Shown piece after piece: positions 38,037 through 48,158 of a stretch of 64,000 nt of DNA. The translations under genes and the position numbers were made by a program. How positions within the stretch are numbered: position 1 is the stretch's first letter; the number at the start of each line of letters is the position of its first letter. This DNA is from an uncultured Acidobacteriota bacterium (GTDB taxonomy: Bacteria; Acidobacteriota; Terriglobia; UBA7540). The notes under the pieces were generated by a model that worked only from the letters and a program-made list of their open reading frames with translations, was not told where the DNA came from and searched no databases. Where the stretch lies: the NCBI GenBank assembly GCA_963804995.1, contig CAWDSK010000006.1, positions 448,001 to 512,000 of the forward strand. The letters are read 5' to 3'.

Positions 38037-38164
38037 GAAGCTGTGAAAAAATCCCATCAAACCTTTCACCGCGGAGACGCGGAGGCGCAGAGGTTTGAAA
38101 ACAAAGGGTCATTTCTCTGCGTCTCAGCGACTCAGCGGTGAAAATGGTATTTTTTCACACCTTC
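38037..38164. mobile_element. 128-bp MITE inserted into a REP palindrome
   Basis: 21-bp terminal inverted repeats GAAG(C/G)TGTGAAAAAAT(C/A)CCAT matching at 19 of 21 positions; GGA duplicated at 38034-38036 and 38165-38167. Confidence 0.75.
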
Positions 38165-38419
38165 GGACGCCCTTGGCACATTAAAATGCGTCACCTTAAC
38201 TCCCCCCCTTGCCCCCTGGGGAGAGACGGCGGTAAATTCAAATCAACTCCCCGCCGGTCGTCGCGGCGACAGAGAGACCGGGGGTGAGGGGGTCTTAGCA
38301 TCGAAACAATCCCTCTAAAAGCGGCTGAGTGAACAGCATTAGGTTAGAATAGTGCACGCGGGGACGAGACCCTCCGCGTCGGATTTAAATGTCGCGATGC
38401 TGAACGACGGAAAGATAGC

Positions 38420-39790
38420 GTGAATCCTAATTCCATTCTGATTGTCGACGACGAACCCGGAATCCGCGAATCCCTCACGGACGTTCTGCATGACGAGGGA
38501 TACGCGGTCGAATCCGTGGCCAGCGGTGAGGCCTGCCTGGAATCCCTGGCTATCAACAAATATGACGTCATCTTGCTGGATATCTGGTTGCCCGGCGAGG
38601 ACGGCATCCAGACCCTGGAGAAGATCCGGGCGCTCGAAGCCCCACCCACGGTCATCATGATCTCCGGCCACGGGACCATTGAAACCGCGGTCCGTTCCAC
38701 CAAGCTGGGGGCTTTTGACTTCATTGAAAAGCCCCTCTCGATTGAGAAAATCCTGCTGACCTTGCGGCACGCGCTGGAGCAATCGCGCCTGGCTGCCCAG
38801 AACCGCGAATTGCGCGAGGAACTGCACGGGCGTGACCGCATCATCGGCGACAGCGTCCCCCTGAAGGCTCTACGCCAGCAGTTGGGGCTTGCCGCTCCCA
38901 CTAACGGCCGGGTACTTATCTTCGGGGAGAGTGGTACGGGAAAGGAACTGGTGGCCCACGCGCTGCACAATCTGAGCCAGCGCGCTGAGCAGGCCTTCGT
39001 GGAAGTCAATTGCGCGGCCATTCCCGAGGAGCTGATTGAAAGCGAGTTGTTCGGACACGTCAAAGGTTCTTTCACCGGGGCCCTGGAAGACAAGGTCGGA
39101 AAATTCGAGCAAGCCCACAGCGGCTCCCTGTTCCTGGATGAAGTGGGGGACATGAGCTTGCGCACCCAATCCAAAGTGCTGCGCGTGATCGAAGAACAAC
39201 GCTTCACGGCGGTCGGCTCCGGCAACAACCTTACCGTCGACGTGCGCGTGATCGCCGCCACTAACAAGCGGCTCGAAGACGAAATCCAAAAAGGGAATTT
39301 CCGAGAAGATCTCTTCTACCGTCTCAACGTCATTCCCTTTTATGTTCCTCCGCTGCGCGAACATGCCGAAGACGTGCCGGCTCTGGCCAATTACTTCCTG
39401 GCGGAATTTGCGCGCGCCTATGGACGCCGGCCCAAACACTTCGCGGAGGCGGCCATGGAAGTCCTGAGCGGCTACCGCTGGCCCGGGAACGTTCGCGAGC
39501 TTAAGAACCTGGTGGAGCGTCTCGTCATCATGGTTCAGGGCGAACGCATCGAGCGCCGCCATCTGCCCCCTTCCCTGCACCACGACCGCATGCGCCCGAC
39601 CTCAAGCAAAAACGCGACGGGAGGATTTTCAACCCTCCAGGAAGCGCGCGCTGCCTACGAGCGTGACTACATCCTGCGCAAACTCGAAGAGAATCAGGGC
39701 AACGTTACCCGCGCCGCCGAAGTCCTGGGCCTGGAACGGAGCCACCTCTACCGCAAGATGAAGTCCCTGGGGATACCCTTCGGAAGCTGA
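38420..39790 (+). CDS. NtrX-like sigma54-family response regulator
   Basis: LLDIWLP, MISGHGTIETAV, GESGTGKE, GSFTGA and HTH ERSHLYRK. Confidence 0.88.
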   Translation: MNPNSILIVDDEPGIRESLTDVLHDEGYAVESVASGEACLESLAINKYDVILLDIWLPGEDGIQTLEKIRALEAPPTVIMISGHGTIETAVRSTKLGAFDFIEKPLSIEKILLTLRHALEQSRLAAQNRELREELHGRDRIIGDSVPLKALRQQLGLAAPTNGRVLIFGESGTGKELVAHALHNLSQRAEQAFVEVNCAAIPEELIESELFGHVKGSFTGALEDKVGKFEQAHSGSLFLDEVGDMSLRTQSKVLRVIEEQRFTAVGSGNNLTVDVRVIAATNKRLEDEIQKGNFREDLFYRLNVIPFYVPPLREHAEDVPALANYFLAEFARAYGRRPKHFAEAAMEVLSGYRWPGNVRELKNLVERLVIMVQGERIERRHLPPSLHHDRMRPTSSKNATGGFSTLQEARAAYERDYILRKLEENQGNVTRAAEVLGLERSHLYRKMKSLGIPFGS

Positions 39791-40051
39791 ACCAGGCTTG
39801 ACAATCTAGCGCAGGCCTGTGGTTGAGGTCAGCAGCCTATTGTGTTCCACCGGAGGCCAACCGTAGACCTCCCTGACAGGTCCGCATCGCGTGCTCACCA
39901 GCTCATTTTTTGCGGGGGCGCAATTTTTTGTTAAAAGGTGGGACTGTCCCACTTGTTGCTCTCCGCGGGCCATAGCGAGCGAGGTCCCACCAAAACTCCC
40001 ACCTTCTGGCCTTTTTCGCCCCCTGACTTTTTCATTTACGAATCCGCAACG

Positions 40052-41359
40052 CTACGCCGGCGAAACCAAATTAAGAGACTCGTGAATGACGTCGTAAATG
40101 AAGTGCATCTCCTCAGTGGTAACGCAATAAGGCGGGAGAATGTACACCACATTCCCAAGCGGGCGAAGAAGCACGCCCTTGCTCAAATAGAAATCGTAGA
40201 GCCGCGCGCGCAACGATGAAAGATACCCCGGGTCATCGGCCCGCAACTCCAGCGCGGCCACGGTGCCGATAGTCCGCACATCTTGAACCGCCGGGTGATC
40301 CTTGAATTTTGGAAGCCTCTCCTCATGAACCTGCTGGATCGAACGGATGCGATCAAACACCGGCTCCGTCTCGAAGATCTTCAAGTTGGCATTGGCCGCA
40401 GCACAGGCAATTGGATTGGCCGTATAAGAGTGCCCATGGTAGAAAGTCCGTCGTCGCTCAGGAACTGCGAAGGCTTCCCAAACACGGCCCGTGCAGAGCG
40501 TGGCGGCGAGCGGCAAGAAGCCGCCGGTCAATCCTTTTGAAATACACATCAAGTCAGGAGCCACACCTACGACTTCACAAGCGAACATCTTTCCGCAGCG
40601 CCCGAAGCCGGTCAGCACTTCATCGGCAATCAGCAAGATATTGTGCTCGTCGCACAATTGCCGGATTCCTTCCAGAAACTCCCGGGGATGAACGATCATC
40701 CCTCCCGCCCCTTGCAGCAGAGGTTCGACGATCACCGCGGCAATAGCGCCCGCGCGCGCAGTGAGCAAATCCCGCAGCTTGTCGAGGCAATCGATCTTGC
40801 ATTGCTCGCGAGTAAGACCCACGGGACAATGGAAGCAGTAAGCGGAATGGACCCTGTGGAACGGGAGGCGCAGACTTTCGAACGGCGTGGAGAAGGCGGA
40901 ATCCGCGCCGGCAGACATGGCGCCGATCGTATCGCCATGATAGGCGTACTCAAGCGCGATGATTTCCCTTTTTTCCGGCTGCCCCAAGTTCCACCAGTAT
41001 TGCACCGCCACCTTCAGAGCCACTTCCACGGCCGTCGAGCCATCGTCTGAAAAGAAGATGTGTTCAAGTCCGGAAGGCAGTATCTTGCCCAACCTCTGCG
41101 CCAGTTCCTCCGCCGGTTCGTGGCTGAAGCCCGCGAAGATGACCTGCTCGAGCTTGCGCGCTTGCTCCGCAATAGCGTTGGCAATGGCCGGGTGGGCATG
41201 CCCATGCAGAGTTACCCACCAGGAGGAGATTGCGTCAAGCAGGCGCCGCCCGTCACGAGTGAAAAGGTAAGCACCCTCGGCGCGCTCTACGAAAACAGGT
41301 TCCCCGTCAAGCGCTGGATGCGTGAACGGATGCCAAATTTTGAGACCGCTGGGAGTCAT
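40052..41359 (-). CDS. bioA: Adenosylmethionine-8-amino-7-oxononanoate aminotransferase
   Basis: IWHPFT, DAISSWW, DEVLTGFGR and SKGLTGG motifs. Confidence 0.95.
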   Translation of the reverse strand: MTPSGLKIWHPFTHPALDGEPVFVERAEGAYLFTRDGRRLLDAISSWWVTLHGHAHPAIANAIAEQARKLEQVIFAGFSHEPAEELAQRLGKILPSGLEHIFFSDDGSTAVEVALKVAVQYWWNLGQPEKREIIALEYAYHGDTIGAMSAGADSAFSTPFESLRLPFHRVHSAYCFHCPVGLTREQCKIDCLDKLRDLLTARAGAIAAVIVEPLLQGAGGMIVHPREFLEGIRQLCDEHNILLIADEVLTGFGRCGKMFACEVVGVAPDLMCISKGLTGGFLPLAATLCTGRVWEAFAVPERRRTFYHGHSYTANPIACAAANANLKIFETEPVFDRIRSIQQVHEERLPKFKDHPAVQDVRTIGTVAALELRADDPGYLSSLRARLYDFYLSKGVLLRPLGNVVYILPPYCVTTEEMHFIYDVIHESLNLVSPA

Positions 41360-41988
41360 AACGGAAAGTAGGACTTGTCAAAATGTATTTCGAAAACGCG
41401 CCGCAATTCTTGCCGCGAAATTCCTGCGAGGGGTGGAACCCAACCCAGAATTGGAATACGGCCATAGCGTTCCACGGCCGCCCGATTATTGCGATCTTCT
41501 TCACCGTTCAGCACCACGCCGGCCACCTGAATCCCTCTCTCGCGAAGCGCTGCAAGACTGAGGAGAGTATGGTTGATAGTCCCCAGAGCGGTGCGCGCCA
41601 CCAGGACAACTGGAAAGCCCAGGAACTTCATGAGATCCACCATGAACTCAGAGTCATTGAGAGGAACGAGCACGCCGCCCGCACCTTCCGCAATAAGCCA
41701 TCTGGTTTCGGGAGTTGAAGGTTTCTGGAGGACGGCGAGCTGAATTCGAATCCCATTCCATTCTGCCGCCAGGTGCGGTGATACAGGCTCAGGGAAACAA
41801 TACGCCTCTGGAATCTCATCTTCAGCAGAAAGCCCTGCGAGCCTCCGCACAGTTTCACGGTCCGTCCCCTCGCGGGAGCCCGTCTGAATTGGCTTCCAGT
41901 ACACACCGTCGAGCGCGGCACACAAGAGTGCGGAAACAATGGTTTTTCCCACACCTGTGTCGGTTCCTGTTACAAACAATCTTTTCAT
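41356..41988 (-). CDS. bioD: Dethiobiotin synthase
   Basis: TGTDTGVGKT, KPIQTG, EGAGG and LGTINHT motifs. Confidence 0.96.
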   Translation of the reverse strand: MKRLFVTGTDTGVGKTIVSALLCAALDGVYWKPIQTGSREGTDRETVRRLAGLSAEDEIPEAYCFPEPVSPHLAAEWNGIRIQLAVLQKPSTPETRWLIAEGAGGVLVPLNDSEFMVDLMKFLGFPVVLVARTALGTINHTLLSLAALRERGIQVAGVVLNGEEDRNNRAAVERYGRIPILGWVPPLAGISRQELRRVFEIHFDKSYFPL

Positions 41989-43160
41989 TCGTGTCCCGAA
42001 GCTGAGGCCAGCACGGTAAGCTGTTCGCGAATCTGGCAGAGGCTGGTGGCAAAGGTTCCGAGGTCTGCCTGTTTCAATCGTGCGGTGACGGACAGTCGCA
42101 GGCGGGCAGTGCCCGGCGAAACCGAAGGTGGACGGATGGCCCGCACCGTGAAGCCCGCCTTCGAAAGACCCTCTGCGTATCCCACCGCCAGAAGATTCGA
42201 GCCCAGAATCACGGGAACGATGTGCGAATCACTCGAGCCTGCGTCGAAGCCCGCTTTTTGAAGGTGTGCACGCAGGAAACGACTCAACTCCTGGACTCGG
42301 TCCCGCAATAAATCTCCCTCGGTGGCCGCTCGTAATGCGGCCCGAATTTGGCACGCGAAGTAAGGAGGCAAAGCCGTGTTGAAAATGAACGTGCGTGCCC
42401 GATTGATGAGGAATTGTTTCAGCGTCTGAGACCCGCACACAAAAGCTCCGGCGCTGGCCAGGGCCTTGCCGCAAGGATAAACGGAGGCCAAAACTCGCCG
42501 CGATGCCCCGGCTTCCGCCACCAGGCCTCTCCCTTGAGGACCTAATACGCCCAACGCATGCGCCTCATCCACGATCAGTTCTGCGCCATAACGGTCTGCC
42601 ACATTCACGAGGTCCCCGATAGGACTCCTGTCGCCGTCCATACTGAACAGGCTTTCCACCACAATGAATTTCTCCTGTGGGGAACCGGCGGCTTTTCGCA
42701 ACTGATCTTCTAAAAAGTTCCAATCACGATGCGGAAAAATCACCTTTCTGGCTCCGGAAGACCGAACCCCATCGATGATGCTGGCGTGATTGGCACTGTC
42801 TGAAAAAACCAGGTCTTCCTTGCGGATCACGGAACTGAGCAGGCCGATATTCGCGGCGTATCCGGAGCTAAAAAAGAGAGCCGCCTCCGTGCCCACAAAG
42901 CCGGCAAACTCCTGCTCCAACTCCTCCCAGGCGCGGGCATTTCCCGAGAGCAACCGCGATCCCCCAGAACCCATCCGCGCGCCGGCCGCAAGCCCCTCCC
43001 TCACAGCTTCGCGCAGTCGTGGATCCTCGCTGAGGCCCAGGTAATCATTGGAATTGAAATCGATACCCTGTGGAAGGGTCAAGGTGCGGAACTGCAAATG
43101 CTCACGCAGTTCGCGGAGTTCCGAATCCAGGCGTTCGAGGGTGGAAGAGTTTTTAGGCAC
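41985..43160 (-). CDS. bioF: 8-amino-7-oxononanoate synthase
   Basis: SNDYLGL, SRLLSG, ESLFSMDGD and DEAH motifs; likely GTG start overlapping the bioB stop. Confidence 0.93.
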   Translation of the reverse strand: MPKNSSTLERLDSELRELREHLQFRTLTLPQGIDFNSNDYLGLSEDPRLREAVREGLAAGARMGSGGSRLLSGNARAWEELEQEFAGFVGTEAALFFSSGYAANIGLLSSVIRKEDLVFSDSANHASIIDGVRSSGARKVIFPHRDWNFLEDQLRKAAGSPQEKFIVVESLFSMDGDRSPIGDLVNVADRYGAELIVDEAHALGVLGPQGRGLVAEAGASRRVLASVYPCGKALASAGAFVCGSQTLKQFLINRARTFIFNTALPPYFACQIRAALRAATEGDLLRDRVQELSRFLRAHLQKAGFDAGSSDSHIVPVILGSNLLAVGYAEGLSKAGFTVRAIRPPSVSPGTARLRLSVTARLKQADLGTFATSLCQIREQLTVLASASGHE

Positions 43161-44163
43161 GACGCATCGGCTGCATCCCAAGATCGCGGAGTAGTTGTTG
43201 ATCCTCATCGCGGTCGGGATTGGGGGTTGTAAGGAGCTTCTCGCCCACAAAAATAGAATTCGCGCCCGCCAGGAAACAGAGGGCGGCACACTCGCGGCTC
43301 ACGGACCTCCGCCCCGCGCTCAATCTAACCTTGGAGGCCGGCATCAAAACTCGTGCGGTGGCGATGGTCCGGACCATGATGAAAGGGTCCAACGGCTCGG
43401 CTTTGGCCAGTGGAGTCCCCTCCACTCGCACCAGCAGATTGATCGGCACGCTCTCCGGGTGAGGGCTCAGGCTTGCAAGTTGCTGCAACAATCCCACTCG
43501 ATCTTCGTCCCCTTCCCCCATGCCGATGATTCCACCGCAACAGACCGTCACGCCTGCTTTGCGGACGGCTGCGAGGGTCTGCAGTCTATCCTCGTAAGTC
43601 CGAGTGGTGATAATCCGGCTGTAGTACTCAGGAGAAGAATCCAAGTTATGATTGTAGGCGGTCAGCCCAGCCTCGGCCAGGCGGTTAGCCTGTTCCTGCG
43701 TAAGCATTCCCAGGGTACAGCAAACTTCCAATCCCAGGTGGGCGACGGCGCGGACGATTTCCAAGACACGATCAAATTCCTCACCCTCCGGCGCCTGCCG
43801 CCACGCCGCCCCCATGCAGAATCGCGTCGCTCCCTCAGCCTGAGCTCGGCGCGCCGTCTCGACAACTTCCGCCAGGGGTAATAAGGGTTGACGCTCAACT
43901 CCTACCTCATAGTGGGCGCTCTGCGGACAATAGGCGCAATCCTCCGGACAGCCACCCGTCTTGATGGAAAGCAATTGGCAGAATTGCACCTCACTCTGCG
44001 GATGGTGCCGGCGATGAATCTGCTGAGCCAGGAAGACCAACTCAAGGAGTGGCCGATGATAGACCTCGCGGACCTCTTCGCGCGTCCAATCGCTCCGAAT
44101 CGAGTAATCTGAGCACGTTTGCGGCGCTTCTAGAGACAAAACCAGTCCCCCAGTGATTCCCAA
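43153..44163 (-). CDS. bioB: Biotin synthase
   Basis: CPEDCAYCPQS radical SAM motif, YNHNLD and VRLSAGR; exact start uncertain. Confidence 0.97.
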   Translation of the reverse strand: MGITGGLVLSLEAPQTCSDYSIRSDWTREEVREVYHRPLLELVFLAQQIHRRHHPQSEVQFCQLLSIKTGGCPEDCAYCPQSAHYEVGVERQPLLPLAEVVETARRAQAEGATRFCMGAAWRQAPEGEEFDRVLEIVRAVAHLGLEVCCTLGMLTQEQANRLAEAGLTAYNHNLDSSPEYYSRIITTRTYEDRLQTLAAVRKAGVTVCCGGIIGMGEGDEDRVGLLQQLASLSPHPESVPINLLVRVEGTPLAKAEPLDPFIMVRTIATARVLMPASKVRLSAGRRSVSRECAALCFLAGANSIFVGEKLLTTPNPDRDEDQQLLRDLGMQPMRRA

Positions 44164-44380
44164 AATGGTGGTTGCCTGTTGCTTCTCCCTGTCCTGTAGC
44201 GAAGCATTCTAACCCAGGACGCAGGGCTCGCGGCTAAAATACCGCTGCCAACTTGACTCGTGTCAATAACAGCCGAAGTCATTTCAGCATTCTTAAACCT
44301 GGCCCTCAGACAACCACGCCGTCACCTATGGAATCGAAGGGAATACGACAATAAGGATTGTGGCGACGGAGGGGTTGCTC

Positions 44381-45130
44381 ATGAAAAGGCTTTTGAGATT
44401 TTCGATTCGCATGGCGATGCCGATTGTGGCTTGCTACCTTGCTATCGCGCTCGTCAGCGTGGCGCGCGCTGGAGATAAAGTTCAACTGAAAGGCACCTGG
44501 AACTTCAACCCGGACCAGAGTGACGATGCCCAAGAAAAGGTGCAACAGGCGCAGCAGAATACCGCCAACGCGCGCCGGGGCGGAGGTGGAGGCGGCGGTT
44601 ACCCAGGCGATCCAAACGGCGGACCTTATCCGGGCGGCGGCAGCACCTACCCCGGCGGTGGCTACCCAGGAGGCGGTGGCATGGGCGGCATGGGGCGTGG
44701 TGGAATGGGCGGTCCCATGGGTGGCGGCGGTATGGGCCGTCGCGGCGGCATGGGAAATCCCGGCGGAGGGGTAAGCAGTCAGGAGTGGGAGGAATTGGCC
44801 GCGAATCCGAGGCACCTCAGCATTAACCAGCATGACGATCAGATTGTGATTAATGACGATTCCAATCACACCCGCACCCTTTATCCCGACGGCAAGAAGC
44901 ACGAAGATAAGGACGCGGATGGAAAGAAGATCTCAACCAAGACCGAGTGGCAGGGTGATGCCCTCATCGCCGAGACGAAAATGGGGCACTCGGGGAAACT
45001 CACGGAAACCTACCGGGTCAGCCCTGACGGCAAGCAACTCTTCGTGGTTTCGCGCTTTGATGATTCGTCACTCTCGGGACCACTAAGCATCCGGCGGGTG
45101 TACGACGTTGGGAATGCCTCCGCGCACTAG
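44381..45130 (+). CDS. Secreted protein with a Gly/Pro/Met-rich low-complexity insert
   Basis: Signal peptide, GTWNFNPDQSDD, YPGGG/GGMG repeats and a beta-rich C-terminus. Confidence 0.75.
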   Translation: MKRLLRFSIRMAMPIVACYLAIALVSVARAGDKVQLKGTWNFNPDQSDDAQEKVQQAQQNTANARRGGGGGGGYPGDPNGGPYPGGGSTYPGGGYPGGGGMGGMGRGGMGGPMGGGGMGRRGGMGNPGGGVSSQEWEELAANPRHLSINQHDDQIVINDDSNHTRTLYPDGKKHEDKDADGKKISTKTEWQGDALIAETKMGHSGKLTETYRVSPDGKQLFVVSRFDDSSLSGPLSIRRVYDVGNASAH

Positions 45131-45274
45131 AACCCCAGTCTTGACGAGCCCGGCGCCCTCAACCCTCTCCCTCTTGGGGGAGAGGGTCCGAGCCTTGCGG
45201 TCGCGCGGATATTCAGGTCCGTCGATTTCACCCTGGCGAGGCCAAGCGGTACTTCCTCACCTATCTCAAACAAC

Positions 45275-46318
45275 TCACTCCCCGCTCTCGTTGCGGTAAT
45301 CCAGTTCGGCGATCACCGCACGATTCTCGCGCCAGTGCGGTTCAACCTTTACATAGAGCTCGAGAAACACTTTGGGAGGGAATAGCTTTTCCAACTCCTT
45401 CCGCGCTTCGGTGCCGATCTCTTTCAGGCGCGCGCCGCCCGCGCCGATCACGATAGGTTTTTGCGAGTCCCTCTCCACCACAATCGTGGCATGGAGGCGC
45501 GTGATCGTTTCGCCTTCCTCGAACTGGTCAAGCAGCACGGCCGTCACGTAAGGCAGTTCCTGCTTGGTGTGGCGAATGACCTTCTCACGAATGATTTCGC
45601 TCGCCAGGAAACGCTCCGGCTGGTCCGTGTATTCATCGGAGGGGAAATACTGCGGCCCCTCGGGAAGCCGCTGGATGACCGCCGCGAGGAATCCTTCGAG
45701 TCCATCCCCCTCCAACGCTGAGATTGGGAAGATTTCTTCAAAGTCATACAATTTGGAATAACGGTCTATCAAGGGCAGCAGTTCGGGCTTGTTCACTCGA
45801 TCGATCTTGTTAAGCGCCAGAATCGCCCTTGGTGCATACTCCTTCAGGAGGTGGATGACGAAATCATCGCCCCTGCCGAATCTTTCGCTCGCATCCACGA
45901 TCAGTATGGCGAGGTCCCGGTCCGCCAGTGCCTGGCGCACAAAACTCATCATCTGCTGGTTCAGTCGCGAAAGCGGCTTGTGCACGCCGGGCGTATCCAT
46001 GAAAATCACCTGCGCCTCGGGGCGGCTCAGGATCCCGAGAATGCGATTGCGCGTGGTCTGCGGGACGGGCGTCACAATCGAAACCTTGGAGCCCACCAGA
46101 GCGTTAACAAGCGTGCTCTTCCCTGCGTTCGGCCGGCCCACCACAGCAACAAATCCTGATTTGAACGGAACGGTCTCCGACACGGGCTGAATTTGTGCAG
46201 AGCTGCCTGGGGCACTATTCCCTGTCCCCTGTTCCCTGTTCTCTGTTCCCTGTTCTCTGTTCCCTGTCCCCGGTTCTCTGTTACCTGTTCCCTGTTCCCT
46301 GTTCCCTTCTTTAAGCAT
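45275..46318 (-). CDS. era: GTPase Era (start at 46318 with a repeat-derived extension, or GTG at 46183)
   Basis: GRPNAGKS, QTTR, DTPG, NKID and a KH domain VIGAGG. Confidence 0.96.
   Translation of the reverse strand: MLKEGNREQGTGNREPGTGNREQGTENREQGTGNSAPGSSAQIQPVSETVPFKSGFVAVVGRPNAGKSTLVNALVGSKVSIVTPVPQTTRNRILGILSRPEAQVIFMDTPGVHKPLSRLNQQMMSFVRQALADRDLAILIVDASERFGRGDDFVIHLLKEYAPRAILALNKIDRVNKPELLPLIDRYSKLYDFEEIFPISALEGDGLEGFLAAVIQRLPEGPQYFPSDEYTDQPERFLASEIIREKVIRHTKQELPYVTAVLLDQFEEGETITRLHATIVVERDSQKPIVIGAGGARLKEIGTEARKELEKLFPPKVFLELYVKVEPHWRENRAVIAELDYRNESGE
46218..46307. repeat. Heptamer tandem repeat (TTCCCTG), about 12 units, at the 5' end of era
   Basis: Translates as (GNREQGT)n in the Era reading frame. 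Confidence 0.85.
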
Positions 46319-47609
46319 GGGTAGGACTCACAGCAGGCTGGGCGGGGGTGACTTTCATCCGCACCTTGAGCACTGTCCGCTGGTTCGCTTCCAGCACTTC
46401 AAAGGTCAATCCGTTCTTCTCCACCTTCTCACCGGCCACGGGTACATGCCCAAGGTGTGCCATCACCAGGCCCGCGACGGTTGAGTAATCGCGCCCCTCG
46501 AGAGAGATATGCAACTCATCGGCTATCTGCGCCAGTTCGGCGTGCCCGGAAACAATGTAAATCCCCGTGGATTCCTTCACAATATCGCGCGTGTGGGTTT
46601 CCACTTCATCGCGGATTTCTCCCACGATCTGCTCCAGCAGATCTTCGATGGTGATTAATCCCGCCACGCTCCCGTATTCATCAATGACTACGGCCATTTG
46701 CGTGGTGGATTGCTGTAATTCCTTCAGCAGATCTTTGATGGGCTTGGTCTCGGGCACAAAAGGTACGGGCCGCACCAGACTGCGGAGGGGCACGCGCTGT
46801 TGCTCCTCCGGCGGCAGCTCCGTCAGGTCCCGCACGCTCACGATGCCCTCGATGTGGTCGATTTGGCCGGCATAGACGGGGTAGCGGGTCAGGCGCTTGG
46901 TGCGGAACAGCTTCCGCAGTTCTTCGATTGAGGAATTGATTTCGATGGCGGCGATTTCCGGCCGGGGCGTCATCACCTCGCGCACTGTCTTACCCCGGAA
47001 TTCAACCATGGATTGCAGCAATTCCCCCTCGCCTTTTTCAATCAGACCTTCCTGCTCCCCTGCCGCGATCAGCTCCTGAAGATTTTCTTCGGGCGAGGGT
47101 GGCTCGGGTTCAGGCTCAGTGGGCTCCAGCAGCCGGGCGATTGTGGTGGAGATAAGAATGGGAAAGGTGAGAGGCAGCGCCCCAATGACGGCGCGCCGAA
47201 GCACCGGCACCCAGCGCTCCAGGATGACATCCGGCTCGTCATGACGCGCCACCAACAGAAAGGGAATCAATTGGTCCGCAATGGCCACAGCGCAAAGCAC
47301 GATCAGGAGTGAGGTGCCGAGGTCGCCCCAGATGTGGTCCGGCCGGCGCACAATCAAGAGGCCGGTCAGTCCCACCGCAAACAGGTGCATAGCCGCGCCG
47401 TGCAAGGCGGAAATCGACACGCCCACCCGCTCGCGGTTCGGCCGGACGAGCCCTGCCTCGCTGGGTCCAAAAACCTTCCGGGCCCCCACGGGCGTCAGTC
47501 GCCGCATCAACAACCGCAGGTAAGATGCGACAGAACCCACCGTCAAGAGCACGGCCAGGGCAAAAACCCAGACAATCGTAAGGAGGAACCACTGATCCAT
47601 AATCTGCAT
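46311..47609 (-). CDS. Hemolysin/CorC-like CNNM-CBS transporter
   Basis: TM region, VREVMTPR, VIDEYG and a CorC_HlyC C-terminus. Confidence 0.9.
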   Translation of the reverse strand: MQIMDQWFLLTIVWVFALAVLLTVGSVASYLRLLMRRLTPVGARKVFGPSEAGLVRPNRERVGVSISALHGAAMHLFAVGLTGLLIVRRPDHIWGDLGTSLLIVLCAVAIADQLIPFLLVARHDEPDVILERWVPVLRRAVIGALPLTFPILISTTIARLLEPTEPEPEPPSPEENLQELIAAGEQEGLIEKGEGELLQSMVEFRGKTVREVMTPRPEIAAIEINSSIEELRKLFRTKRLTRYPVYAGQIDHIEGIVSVRDLTELPPEEQQRVPLRSLVRPVPFVPETKPIKDLLKELQQSTTQMAVVIDEYGSVAGLITIEDLLEQIVGEIRDEVETHTRDIVKESTGIYIVSGHAELAQIADELHISLEGRDYSTVAGLVMAHLGHVPVAGEKVEKNGLTFEVLEANQRTVLKVRMKVTPAQPAVSPTHA

Positions 47610-48128
47610 CTATCTCTTCCGGCTTCGCCGTCCCCGGGCCTGAGCCAGTCGCTCACGCAACGCCAGTTCGAGCGTCGTCATTTCTCCATTATCCTGCTCG
47701 TGGTCATAACCCAGCAAGTGAAGTACTCCGTGCAGGATTAGCCAGCGAATTTCGTTGAGCGTTGAGTGGCCTTCCTCACGTGCGTTCCGCCGGGCCGTCT
47801 CAACCGAGATCACCACGTCGCCGAGGAACCCCTCGAACTCCGCGCGCGCACCCCTCGAGTTCGTGTGCCGCAGCGGTCGGGAGGCGGGGTCCTTCCCCCT
47901 TCCCACGGTGCCCCGCGACCGGTCAGGCTCGCCCCAGGGAAAAGAAAGAACGTCGGTCGCGCGATCTTTCCCGCGGAAGGCCGCATTGGCCCGCCGCATG
48001 GTGGGGTCATCCACAAAGCAGATATTGAATTCCCGGGTTCCCAATCGCAACCGTTGCTTCAATTCCCGCACGTAAGCGTCAAGAACGGGAAGGCGCAAGG
48101 CGTAAGCTTTTTGCTGGTTCAGAAGCAT
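47610..48128 (-). CDS. ybeY: rRNA maturation endoribonuclease YbeY
   Basis: TDVLSFP, LGDVVIS and HGVLHLLGYDH motifs; the start could be 48155. Confidence 0.93.
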   Translation of the reverse strand: MLLNQQKAYALRLPVLDAYVRELKQRLRLGTREFNICFVDDPTMRRANAAFRGKDRATDVLSFPWGEPDRSRGTVGRGKDPASRPLRHTNSRGARAEFEGFLGDVVISVETARRNAREEGHSTLNEIRWLILHGVLHLLGYDHEQDNGEMTTLELALRERLAQARGRRSRKR

Positions 48129-48158
48129 GGGAGCCCGCCGGACGGCAGCCGGCAAATT

